From a virus (taxonomy: Duplodnaviria; Caudoviricetes), in the IMG/VR virus record IMGVR_UViG_3300009779_000001, positions 5,527-69,526 of that record: a DNA stretch of 64,000 bases; one strand, 5' to 3'. Shown here one piece after another: positions 45,477-54,862 of this stretch. Below the pieces are notes generated by a model. It made no database searches. It was not told the origin of the DNA and saw nothing but the letters and a program-made list of their open reading frames with translations. Made by a program: the position numbers and the translations under genes. Each line of letters opens with the position of its first letter. Position 1 is the stretch's first letter.

Positions 45477-48400
45477 GATTTGTCAGTTTCCACACCCACA
45501 GCACATATTCCTACGGGGATGGCTTCGGGACCGTTCGTGAGCATGTCGAGCGAGCGAGGAATCTGGGCATGACCGCTCTAGGGCTAAGCGAACATGGCAA
45601 CGTCAACAGCCATGTGGCCCTAGAGCGGGAATGTGCCCGTGTCGGCATCAAGCCGATCTTCGGACTGGAAGCCTACTTCAGTCCTCCGAAGACACAGAAA
45701 AAGTTCCATATCGGACTTTACGCAATGAACGAAGAAGGGTACCAAAACCTCAACAAAATTGTGACACAATCATACATAGACGCTTACCAATATCCGACTG
45801 TTTCCTGGGAGAGCTTGGTAAAGAACAATGCAGGAGTCGCCGCCTTCTCCGGTTGTGCAGATTCTCTCATATCATGCACTCTGCTGGGTGGTAAGTCACT
45901 TGGAGAGCGAAGAGAATCCTTCAGCGACGACGATTACGAAAATACCCGTCGGAAAATACAACGGTTCATGGATGTATTTGACGGAGGGCGGTTTTTTCTG
46001 GAGGTACAGAGATTTCCTGGCCTTGGCAGAACTTGTACTCTCAATCCAGCCTTCGCAAGATTATCCGACGACCTCGGAGTACCACTTATTGCGACGGCTG
46101 ATGTTCACTATCCCTTCGGTGACGACAACGAGATGCAAAAGGTACTTCATGCGGCTCGTCGGTCGAGCAGTGTTGCTATTGCTGAAGCGGAATGGGAATA
46201 CGGAATCAAGCTCACCTACCCAGAATCCGACAGCCAAATCCAGAACCAACTCGTCAGAACCGGGTTGACTGAATATGAAGCGTATTGCGCTATCGACAAC
46301 ACCCGCATCCTCGCTGAAGACTGCAACGTCGAACTGCCCAAAGCAAAGCCACTGCGCTTCCCGCTTCCCTCTGGGCACGAAACATCACAAGGACTACTTC
46401 AACAAAGAATCAGAAACGGGCTTTATGCCCGGCTGAAAATCAGACCGGACATTCAAGAACGTTTCGATGACTACCGCAAACGAATTCGCCACGAATTCAA
46501 CATCATTGCCGACAAAGATTTCTGCGACTACTTTCTCGTCGTAGCCGATCTGGTGCAATGGGGAAAGGCCCAAGGCATAGCCGTAGGACCGGGCAGAGGC
46601 TCAGCAGCAGGCTCGCTGATCTGCTACCTGCTGGGTATCACCGAAATCGACCCGCTGCATCCGGTGTTCTCGCGCATGGTCTTTGAGCGATTCATTGATC
46701 CTGGCCGGTCGGACATGCCCGATATCGACCTGGACTTTGCCGACGACAAACGTAGCTTGATCGCAGAAAGGGCACGAGAAATCTATGGAAACGAAAACGT
46801 CGCCAACGTCGCCAACCACATCAAATACCGTGGGAGAAAAGCTCTTCAAGACGTGGCGCGAGCATATAACCTGGGTCTTAAACTCTTCGACCCAATCGCA
46901 CAAAAATGCGCCATCAGGGTCGAAACCGACGAGCGCGTGGACGATTCAATTAAGGACACCATCGAAAGTTTTTCGTCTGATCCTGCAATATCAACGCTGG
47001 TATCTGAGTTCGAACATGTTGTGCATCAAGCGATCCGACTTGAAGGTAACCAACACTCAATGGGGATTCACGCTGGCGGTTTCGTCATATCTTCGGAGCC
47101 GATTCCTGAAGTCTGCGCGATATACACCAAACTAAAAGGTCAGGGGAGACAAAAAGAAACAGTTCAGGTCATCCCCTATGACAAGCGGGACGCGGAATAC
47201 CTGGGAATGCTCAAAATGGACTTCCTGGGCCTGACCACCATGGGCATGATCGGCAAATGCCTGGACTGGACGGGAACCACGCTACAAGAACTATATGGAA
47301 TTTTTTATAACTCTTTAGAAAACGATATCAACCGCAGTATCCTTGAGCGTTTCCGCATAGATGACGTGATGGGGATATTCCAATACGAGGGAGGTACAAC
47401 CCGCCAGGTAGTGCGCGACGTGGCACCGGACAACTTCGATGAACTGGCAGCGTGTGGAGCGTTGTCGAGGCCGGGGCCGTACTACGGTGGTCAGACCACC
47501 GACTACATAGCCGTCAAACGCGGCGAAAAAGACTGGGAGAGAATACATCCCGGTTTCGACAAGCATGTGGAGTGGACCTATGGGCAAATCGTCTACCAAG
47601 AACAAATCATGTGGATACTGCGCGATCTCGCAGGCTTCTCTACAGAAAGAGTTCTCAAAGTACGAAAGATCATTGGCAAGAAACTCGGGGAATTCCAGTT
47701 CGCGGAACTCTGGGAAGAATTCAAGAATGGCTGCCGCGCTAACGGCGTTACAGAGAGTGCTGCACGCAAAGTTTGGAGTGGCATCACAACGGCTGCCGGG
47801 TACGCATTCAATACTGCTCATGCATACTCATACGCACTCGTAGCCTGGTGGCAGATGTGGTTCAAAATTCATCACCCCGTGGAATTCTTTGCCGCCAGCT
47901 TGGCGAAGAATGGTGATGGCAAGGATGACCTGAGCAGGCGTGTGCTGCTGCTTCAGGATGCAGAGGCTCACGGTATCCGGTGTGAGAGGGTGTCTCCCAT
48001 GACCTCTGACGTGACCTGGCGACCCGCTCTGGGAGAGGGTGGGGGCATCGTGCCGGGATTCTCGCAGATCGACGGTATCGGGGAGGCCACTGCCGCTGAC
48101 ATTGTGGAGTGGCGACGTGAAAAGTATGGAAAGGAATGGTGGACGAAAGATATTGACTGGCAAGAGCTTTCAGAAGTTAAAGGAATCGGGCCGAAAACGA
48201 TTGACAAGATGCTGACTTTTGCCAACGAGGAAGACCCCTTCGGTATCTACCGGACGGGAAAAGCCTTGCAGGAGTTCCGGTTACAACTCAAGCGAGGGGA
48301 GTTCTCCGCATACGGACTGCCCCCTGCCGGTGACCTCTATCAATCCGACATGCTGCCCAACGAAACCCAGTATGTTGGGTTCGTTGGGCTGGTCGGCGGG

Positions 48401-48691
48401 ATCATTCACCGGGACGAGGTAGAGACAATCCGAATCCGAACCGGTAAATCGGTAGAGGAGATTCTTTCCGAACTGGAACACAACGATAAAACCAAGAAGG
48501 CGACGATTTTCGCTTTCGATGAGTATGGCGAAGTGGCACTGAGGATTTCGCGGTTCCGGTACCCTGACCTCGCTATCAAACTGTCCTCCATCAAAGAGAA
48601 TCACCACTTGGTGTGCGTCTGGGGGAGAACGTTCAAAGACCGGCCCAACTCTGTGCAGGTCACCGACATGTGGGTCTTGGACCCCTCGTAG
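45473..48691 (+). CDS. dnaE: DNA polymerase III alpha subunit (family C) with PHP domain
   Basis: HTHSTYSYGDG, SEHGN, TADVHY (PHP); GPGRGSAAGSL, PDIDLD, GIHAGG, KMDFLGL, FQYEGG, GYAFNTAH motifs. Confidence 0.95.
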   Translation: MRFVSFHTHSTYSYGDGFGTVREHVERARNLGMTALGLSEHGNVNSHVALERECARVGIKPIFGLEAYFSPPKTQKKFHIGLYAMNEEGYQNLNKIVTQSYIDAYQYPTVSWESLVKNNAGVAAFSGCADSLISCTLLGGKSLGERRESFSDDDYENTRRKIQRFMDVFDGGRFFLEVQRFPGLGRTCTLNPAFARLSDDLGVPLIATADVHYPFGDDNEMQKVLHAARRSSSVAIAEAEWEYGIKLTYPESDSQIQNQLVRTGLTEYEAYCAIDNTRILAEDCNVELPKAKPLRFPLPSGHETSQGLLQQRIRNGLYARLKIRPDIQERFDDYRKRIRHEFNIIADKDFCDYFLVVADLVQWGKAQGIAVGPGRGSAAGSLICYLLGITEIDPLHPVFSRMVFERFIDPGRSDMPDIDLDFADDKRSLIAERAREIYGNENVANVANHIKYRGRKALQDVARAYNLGLKLFDPIAQKCAIRVETDERVDDSIKDTIESFSSDPAISTLVSEFEHVVHQAIRLEGNQHSMGIHAGGFVISSEPIPEVCAIYTKLKGQGRQKETVQVIPYDKRDAEYLGMLKMDFLGLTTMGMIGKCLDWTGTTLQELYGIFYNSLENDINRSILERFRIDDVMGIFQYEGGTTRQVVRDVAPDNFDELAACGALSRPGPYYGGQTTDYIAVKRGEKDWERIHPGFDKHVEWTYGQIVYQEQIMWILRDLAGFSTERVLKVRKIIGKKLGEFQFAELWEEFKNGCRANGVTESAARKVWSGITTAAGYAFNTAHAYSYALVAWWQMWFKIHHPVEFFAASLAKNGDGKDDLSRRVLLLQDAEAHGIRCERVSPMTSDVTWRPALGEGGGIVPGFSQIDGIGEATAADIVEWRREKYGKEWWTKDIDWQELSEVKGIGPKTIDKMLTFANEEDPFGIYRTGKALQEFRLQLKRGEFSAYGLPPAGDLYQSDMLPNETQYVGFVGLVGGIIHRDEVETIRIRTGKSVEEILSELEHNDKTKKATIFAFDEYGEVALRISRFRYPDLAIKLSSIKENHHLVCVWGRTFKDRPNSVQVTDMWVLDPS

Positions 48692-48703
48692 AGGAAAGGA
48701 AAA

Positions 48704-49207
48704 ATGGCAGAAAAGAATGCGTTCGCCAAGCTGCTGGATGATTTGGCGACGAAAAAGAAAGAAAGCGAAAAGATGACGAAAGAGAGTGGAGAGAAAGGGG
48801 CGACGGTGGAAAGCGACGACCTCAATATCCTGCCGCTGCCCACGACACAGAGGGTCGGCACCCACAGCCTGACGTGGACGTGGACGTGCGACACCACCCT
48901 GGTGGTATCCACCCTTGACGTAGTGGAGGACCGCTACCACGTCACCCTGCGTCGGACTTCATGGGGAGAAGAATACCTCGCTGGCGACAACGCGAAAATT
49001 CTTGGGCAAGCGTTGATTTCAGCGTGGAACTGGAAGAACGTCTGGAAACAGCACGCAGGAGAACTTCTCCTTCGCACCATGAAAGATGACGTTGAGCGGG
49101 ACGTTGAGAACGCTGGGAACGCTGGGAACGTGGAAAGCGTGGAAAGCGTGGAAAGCGTGGAAATCCGCGAGAGCCTGGGTATCGACGGCATGATTGGACA
49201 GCCCTGA
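48704..49207 (+). CDS. hypothetical protein with C-terminal tripeptide repeats
   Basis: AAGGA SD; ENAGNAGNVESVESVESVE tail. Confidence 0.6.
   Translation: MAEKNAFAKLLDDLATKKKESEKMTKESGEKGATVESDDLNILPLPTTQRVGTHSLTWTWTCDTTLVVSTLDVVEDRYHVTLRRTSWGEEYLAGDNAKILGQALISAWNWKNVWKQHAGELLLRTMKDDVERDVENAGNAGNVESVESVESVEIRESLGIDGMIGQP
49108..49163 (+). repeat. in-frame 9-bp microsatellites
   Basis: (GAACGCTGG)x2, then (CGTGGAAAG)x~4. Confidence 0.85.
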
Positions 49208-49480
49208 ATGACAACGAGTATGAACCGACGCTACATTGTTGATATCGAAAACGGTTCTGGCTCAGAAAAAGTTGGGTCATTTCAGCGAAGACTCTTGACC
49301 CGCATGGCTTTCAACGAAGGCCAATGGAATCCCGAATGGTGGCTGGACCGCAACGGGCGCAGAGCCATGAACGCCATGGACCGGCGAGGATTCGTGGAGC
49401 AAGTCACCGTCAAGGGAAAGCTCACCTGGCAAATCACCAATTCGTTCTGGGACCGCATCGTTATCAGGGAGCCACTATGA
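49208..49480 (+). CDS. hypothetical protein, possible winged-helix
   Basis: Helix pattern ending RGFVEQV...W.IT. Confidence 0.5.
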   Translation: MTTSMNRRYIVDIENGSGSEKVGSFQRRLLTRMAFNEGQWNPEWWLDRNGRRAMNAMDRRGFVEQVTVKGKLTWQITNSFWDRIVIREPL

Positions 49481-50166
49481 TCATCTCCGTTGTCGGATTC
49501 GACCCCGGCCAAACCACCGGATACTGCGTTATCGGCTTCAAAGAAGAAGTTCTCCTGGGAGCCAACGATTCTCAAGACGTACTGCACAAATCGTTGAGCT
49601 ATGTGACAACCGGTGAAATCGACTGCGGTGCCACATCCCCGCCAGGTGCGTTGAACTTCGGAGAGGACTCCGGTGTGGACACGATGCTGTCCATGTGTAC
49701 CCGGTTCTCCGAATCTCCCATCGTCATGGAAGATTTCATTCTCGACTTCAACAAAGCCGACATGGCCCGACACACGCTGTCACCGGTACGGGTCATAGCC
49801 AAGTTCGTTTACGGACTACGCCAGCAATACCTCATGGACATTCGTCAACGGCACTACGAAGAAAGCATCTTCATTCAGAACAGATCGTTACCCAAGACGA
49901 CGTGTTCTGACGTTCGTCTAAAGGAATGGGGTTTGTACGAGATGCAGCCGGGGGGTGGAGGTCGGCACGCCCGTGATGCGGTGCGCCACGCCTACTACTT
50001 CCTGCGAACCTGTCGGGGAAGCGACTTCAAGGCTCGTGAGAACCGGCACCTGGGCTGGCCCCACATTTACCCCGATCCTTGGCTGGAAGAGGGAAAGAAA
50101 GCCGGTGCCAAGGCAAAAGCCAAGGGGCGCAAGAAAATAGGACAACGAATCCCCGGCTTGGGCTAG
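49477..50166 (+). CDS. RuvC-like Holliday junction resolvase
   Basis: VVGFDPGQTTG, IVMEDF, HARDAVRH catalytic acidic residues. Confidence 0.8.
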   Translation: MIISVVGFDPGQTTGYCVIGFKEEVLLGANDSQDVLHKSLSYVTTGEIDCGATSPPGALNFGEDSGVDTMLSMCTRFSESPIVMEDFILDFNKADMARHTLSPVRVIAKFVYGLRQQYLMDIRQRHYEESIFIQNRSLPKTTCSDVRLKEWGLYEMQPGGGGRHARDAVRHAYYFLRTCRGSDFKARENRHLGWPHIYPDPWLEEGKKAGAKAKAKGRKKIGQRIPGLG

Positions 50167-50199
50167 CCCAAATGGGGTCGGACTGGATAGGATAGGGAC

Positions 50200-50364
50200 A
50201 TGGAAGTCAACCTGGAACCGCAGCGGCGGGACTACCACTGCAAGATTTATGTGGAACCCGCTTTGGCAGAAATCATTACAAAATGCGCTGAAAGAGAGGG
50301 AAAAAGCTTTTCTCAAGCTGGACGACAACTGCTCATCTGGGGTCTTGAACGCGGAGACTGGTAA
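50200..50364 (+). CDS. ribbon-helix-helix DNA-binding protein
   Basis: KIYVEPALAEIITKCAEREGKSFSQAGRQLL RHH pattern; not in the supplied track. Confidence 0.7.
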   Translation: MEVNLEPQRRDYHCKIYVEPALAEIITKCAEREGKSFSQAGRQLLIWGLERGDW

Positions 50365-50382
50365 GCGGGACAGGGAAGTGAC

Positions 50383-50751
50383 GTGGAGTTCACTGTATTC
50401 GTAGTTCTTTGCTGGGCTGTATGGGCCGGTATCAAGATAGTCAAGGCATTGTGTGGAGGTCTTGACACAAAAAGAGAAAGAGTAAAGAACCATGCTTTCG
50501 AGATTTATGCAGAGAGTGGCAAAAAAAATGAAGATTTTAGCGGCTATAGTCATCGTTTTGCTAAGGCCGCTGAGCGAGAACGCTGCCTGCGCGTACTGAA
50601 ACGTCTGGACTGCACAGAATTTCGGACATTCCGATCTTTCTGCCAATGCCCTCAATGTCTTGAATGGGACACCCACTACATTGAAATCGGACGGTGGGGA
50701 AAACTTCGCCGTGGATGCCGACATTGCGAATTTGAATGGAGACAACAATGA
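50383..50751 (+). CDS. membrane-anchored protein with zinc-binding-like Cys cluster
   Basis: N-terminal TM; CQCPQC...H...CRHC. Confidence 0.55.
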   Translation: MEFTVFVVLCWAVWAGIKIVKALCGGLDTKRERVKNHAFEIYAESGKKNEDFSGYSHRFAKAAERERCLRVLKRLDCTEFRTFRSFCQCPQCLEWDTHYIEIGRWGKLRRGCRHCEFEWRQQ

Positions 50752-51083
50752 CTGAGTTAGCCAGCGGGGGCAGCGGAGAAAGCGGAAGTTTCGACATACC
50801 CGTAGGCCAATGGACCGACGTGCGCGAAGGCCAAATGATCATCGAAGGCTGCTACGTCGATGACGACGGCGTACTGCGGAGCGTCGGAGACAACTCGTGC
50901 GTGGTCTGGCACCTGAAGGGCTGCCTCATCAGGGGAATACGAGCAGAGGACGTTCACTACGATCCCCTCACCCGCGCACCGTGGTGTTTTTCCTGCTGGC
51001 AGAAGAAAAAGATTCAAGAAATCATGGGAAGCGGAGCCGACGTGGCACGAGATGCGGTAGGCGGGGTGGACGACACCCCATAG
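50748..51083 (+). CDS. hypothetical Cys/His protein
   Basis: C..WH..GC...H...WCFSCW. Confidence 0.55.
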   Translation: MTELASGGSGESGSFDIPVGQWTDVREGQMIIEGCYVDDDGVLRSVGDNSCVVWHLKGCLIRGIRAEDVHYDPLTRAPWCFSCWQKKKIQEIMGSGADVARDAVGGVDDTP

Positions 51084-51088
51084 ATATA

Positions 51089-51114
51089 GTGCCCAGGTTA
51101 TCTGACCTGGGCAC
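51089..51114. promoter_or_regulatory. perfect 10-bp inverted repeat upstream of the primase gene
   Basis: GTGCCCAGGT-TATCTG-ACCTGGGCAC. Confidence 0.55.
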
Positions 51115-51203
51115 TTCCCTTTATTGGGGAGGCAGCAGAGATACGCTTGACCCTCCCCACTCTCATCACTGCCCTGACGGGCCGACGTGGAAGGTTCTCA
51201 TCA

Positions 51204-53918
51204 GTGACCGATCAAAACGTTCAGTACCTCAATCCTTTTCTCGCTGTTGACGAATACAGAAAGAAACGATGGCACGGAACAATCCCCGTACCCTACGGAC
51301 AGAAACACCCGCCGATATCTGGATGGACAGGCGGCAAGGCCAAGGGCTACCCGACACGGGAGAAGACCGAAGAATGGAAAGCCTTGGGGCAGCGCAACAT
51401 CTGTCTACGTTTGGCTGGTGTCACCAAGGACAGAGAAATCATTGCCCTTGACGTAGATGCCTATGACGACAAAACCGGGGAAGAAACTCTCGCAGCGTGG
51501 GAAAAAGAACTGGGACCGCTGCCACCCACATGGATTTGCACATCCAAAACAGATGGTGTCTCAGGACACAGATATTACCTCGTTCCACGAGGACTGAATC
51601 TCAAGGATATCGGCAAAGGAATCGACACCATCTGGCGCGGTCACCGCTACTCCGTAGTCTGGCCCTCGCTACACCCCAGCGGCGACATGTACTGGTGGTA
51701 CCCGCCGGGGGTAAGACCGGATGAAGCGGGGAAATCGGCGTGGACCGCGACGTGGGACGGGGAGCTACCGGATGCCAGCGAGCTTCCAGAGCTACCTACG
51801 GCATGGCTGGACCGGATGCTGGGGTCAGCAGAGGGTGGACACGCTGACATTGACCTCGACAGCAGCACCGACGAAATCCTTGATTGGTTTGAACGTACCG
51901 GAGCCGACGTTCACGGCGAGATGTGCGCTCACATGGAGGATGCGGTCACCCGCCGGATACAGGAGATGGCCGACGATCCGGCTTCCCACGACAAACTTCT
52001 CATGGGGCACTGGCAACAGGTCTGCTTCGCCATGGAAGGACACAGCGGGTTCTTCGCAGGCATCAAGAAATTTGAAGATGCCTGGGTCAACGATGTAGTT
52101 GACCGCAACAAAAGAAGTATTGACGAAATTCGCGGAGAACACAGCAGAAGCCTTCCCGGTGCCCTTCGCAAGATCAAGAAAGAAATCGACCTGGGTAAGC
52201 GTCGGATCGTCGGAGAATGCCAGGTCGATCTTTCGGCGGTATGGGAAGCTCTGGGGCCACCGGAACCACCCAAGAATTTCGTTAACTCTGTTCCAGGCTC
52301 ATTCGGGTTACGCCCTGTACCGGAATACGAAAGAAACGATGACGGCAACGCACTACATCTGATCCATACATTCTCAACTCTTAAGCATGGTCCAAGTTTT
52401 CGCTGGGTCGAAGGCAAAGGATGGATCATCTGGACCGACAACGGAACAGACCATCCACACTGGGAAGTAGACGATTCAGACCACAACTCACTGATGAGAG
52501 TGTTGTGGAGAAGTGTGCAGATGCGTCAAAAAGCGTATGCAGAAGCCTGCTTGGGCGCACTGCAAACCGCCATTCAGAATGCCATCCAGGCGGCAGGGCC
52601 AGGGGCTACCGTTGTCACGCGAGGCAGTGGACAGGCTGTGGATCAAGCCATCGTGGACGCACGAGCAGAGTTCACCATCTGGGACGAATTCTCTCGTAAG
52701 TCAGGAAACAACACAGCAGCAGACGCAGCGATTTCTGCCTCAAAGTCTTTCGTAGAAGAAAAGTATCGCGTTGCATACGAGGATTTGGACTCCAATCCCC
52801 TGTTGTTGGGCATGACCAACGGGGTTCTAGAGCTAGACGGGCAGAACATTCGCCTGCGTGACGCTGAGCCGGGGGATTACGTCACCATGAGTACCGGCAA
52901 CAGGTGGGAAGAGCCATCTGAACTGGCTACCCGGCTGTGGAGCGACTACCTGGAAACATTTCTTCCCGATCCAGACATTCGCAACGCGGCACAAATCATC
53001 CTGGGCCACTGCCTGATGGGGGGAAACCCAGAAAAAATCATGGTGGTCCTCCAAGGTGGCACCAACACCGGTAAATCCACCATGCTCGCAGTGATAGAAA
53101 AAGCGATTGGCGATTACGCAGCGGTTATCAACTCATCTGCTTTGCAACAGAGCAAGTTCAACGAAGTTCTCTTCAACGCCGTGAACAGCCGGATAGCTCT
53201 GTGTTCAGAATTTGATGAAGACGATCAACTTTCTTCACCATTGATTAAACGAATCACTGGCAACGTAGACAAGATTCCGTTTTCCATCAAGTACAGCAAT
53301 GCCTCTGTTTCTGCCGTTCCTCAATTCGTCGTCGTCATGGCAACAAACGAGGCACCGAAGATCAGCGGAAACGATGAGGCATTGCGCGACCGACTCATCA
53401 CCATCCCCTTCACCACGCGCCCCGATGTGATCGACAAGAGCGCGGGGCGAGTGGTGGAAGACGTGTGCGCGATGGCTGCACTGCGGTGGCTGGTGGACGG
53501 TTACGTCGAGTACCGGAGACTGGGCCGTCTTCCCCAACTGGATGCGATTGAACAAGCAACGGATGAATTCTTTGCCGACTTGGACGATGTTTCCACTTTC
53601 ACCAGAGAAGTTTTGAAGTCTCATTCGTTGAGAAAGTCGAAAGACGTTCAGTGGCAGCATCACAAAGATTGGGTGATTCACGTCGGTGATCTTTATAACC
53701 GGTACACGGCATGGTGCCACTCCAACAAAATTCTTCAAAAGGACCAGCTTTCGCAGCCAAAGTTCACACGTCGGATCGCTGCGCTTGGCTACGAAAAGAA
53801 AAAGATGAGGTTCAACGGAGAAATCGGAATGTACTGGATGGGCGTGAAGATCAAGAGTTTCAAGGATCAGAATGTTACACAGATCGGAAAGTTTCAGGTC
53901 GTGCAATCTGGCGACTAG
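51204..53918 (+). CDS. primase-polymerase / SF3 (D5-like) helicase fusion
   Basis: IIALDVDAYD, GHRYY, SVVWPSLHPSG prim-pol motifs; QGGTNTGKST Walker A; MATNEAP. Start 51204 (GTG) or 51147 (TTG). Confidence 0.9.
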   Translation: MTDQNVQYLNPFLAVDEYRKKRWHGTIPVPYGQKHPPISGWTGGKAKGYPTREKTEEWKALGQRNICLRLAGVTKDREIIALDVDAYDDKTGEETLAAWEKELGPLPPTWICTSKTDGVSGHRYYLVPRGLNLKDIGKGIDTIWRGHRYSVVWPSLHPSGDMYWWYPPGVRPDEAGKSAWTATWDGELPDASELPELPTAWLDRMLGSAEGGHADIDLDSSTDEILDWFERTGADVHGEMCAHMEDAVTRRIQEMADDPASHDKLLMGHWQQVCFAMEGHSGFFAGIKKFEDAWVNDVVDRNKRSIDEIRGEHSRSLPGALRKIKKEIDLGKRRIVGECQVDLSAVWEALGPPEPPKNFVNSVPGSFGLRPVPEYERNDDGNALHLIHTFSTLKHGPSFRWVEGKGWIIWTDNGTDHPHWEVDDSDHNSLMRVLWRSVQMRQKAYAEACLGALQTAIQNAIQAAGPGATVVTRGSGQAVDQAIVDARAEFTIWDEFSRKSGNNTAADAAISASKSFVEEKYRVAYEDLDSNPLLLGMTNGVLELDGQNIRLRDAEPGDYVTMSTGNRWEEPSELATRLWSDYLETFLPDPDIRNAAQIILGHCLMGGNPEKIMVVLQGGTNTGKSTMLAVIEKAIGDYAAVINSSALQQSKFNEVLFNAVNSRIALCSEFDEDDQLSSPLIKRITGNVDKIPFSIKYSNASVSAVPQFVVVMATNEAPKISGNDEALRDRLITIPFTTRPDVIDKSAGRVVEDVCAMAALRWLVDGYVEYRRLGRLPQLDAIEQATDEFFADLDDVSTFTREVLKSHSLRKSKDVQWQHHKDWVIHVGDLYNRYTAWCHSNKILQKDQLSQPKFTRRIAALGYEKKKMRFNGEIGMYWMGVKIKSFKDQNVTQIGKFQVVQSGD

Positions 53919-54270
53919 GGTTCCCGAAAATTCGGGAACCGAAGGGGGTTGAGATGAAAACGGGAACCGGGTATCGGTGCAGGTCAGGACATGTTTTGGT
54001 TCCCTGTTCCTCTTAGTTCCTCTTTTTTTAGAAGTAGTAGTAGTAGTAGATATATAAAGAGAATAGGTATGTGTATGTGCGCCGCGTGTACGTATGTAAG
54101 AGAGTTTGGGCGAAAAAAAGAGGAACTGAAGAACCCGCAGGTCAAAGAGGTATCGTGGAGGAACCAAACGAGAACCCGCAGGTCAGGGAGGTGCAAAAAG
54201 AGAACCGGCATTGGGGAACTGGGGGAACGGCGGGTTGTGAGGAAAGGGTTGCTGGGCTAGCCCAGAAAGG
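53919..54270. other. putative replication origin
   Basis: Non-coding, directly after the primase-helicase; GCAGGTCA iterons at 53979, 54137 and 54178; many GAAC repeats; AT-rich core with (TAG)5; GGTTCCCGAAAATTCGGGAACC hairpin. Confidence 0.6.
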
Positions 54271-54283
54271 GTAGGGTGAGGGC

Positions 54284-54466
54284 ATGCACATGAACGTTCG
54301 GGATTCGATGTTCCCGGCCAAGAAGGCGGGATGGTGTGATCGGTGTGGAGCGACGTGGAACAAGCGGGATTACGTCGGGAAGTCTCTGGGGGTGCTGGTG
54401 TGCGAGCGGTGTTGGAAGCTGGCGTTCTTGGAACGGCAGATGATGATGCTGAAGAAGTATCGGTAA
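54284..54466 (+). CDS. small zinc-ribbon protein
   Basis: CDRC...CERC. Confidence 0.55.
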   Translation: MHMNVRDSMFPAKKAGWCDRCGATWNKRDYVGKSLGVLVCERCWKLAFLERQMMMLKKYR

Positions 54467-54504
54467 GTGAGGGTGAGGATGAGGGTGAGAGGTAGGATCA
54501 AGGG

Positions 54505-54837
54505 ATGACGCAGCCACTGAGGCCGGGGAAGAGGCCAGGACGGTCTGAGCTATCGCATGGGGATGGCCGATTCCCGCACCCTGAGAGCGATTACCAGAGC
54601 CAAAGACGGCTTCCCTGGGGTGTTGAGCCGGGGAAGGGCGACGCATCGTTGACATACGCTTCTCAAAAGCGACTTGATGCGACGAACCCAGAAGAAAATA
54701 TTGAGGACATGCCGTATGAACTTGGCAATCCTGACGGTTTCGGGCCGGGACCGAAACTTGTCAAAGAGAAAAAACAGAGTCCCCCGTATGTTTACAAACA
54801 GCCTAAGTACACTTACGGCGTAAATCGTCAAGAATGA
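54505..54837 (+). CDS. hypothetical Pro/Gly-rich protein
   Basis: 110-aa ORF with SD. Confidence 0.55.
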   Translation: MTQPLRPGKRPGRSELSHGDGRFPHPESDYQSQRRLPWGVEPGKGDASLTYASQKRLDATNPEENIEDMPYELGNPDGFGPGPKLVKEKKQSPPYVYKQPKYTYGVNRQE

Positions 54838-54862
54838 GACTGGTTGCCATTTTAGTATCTAA

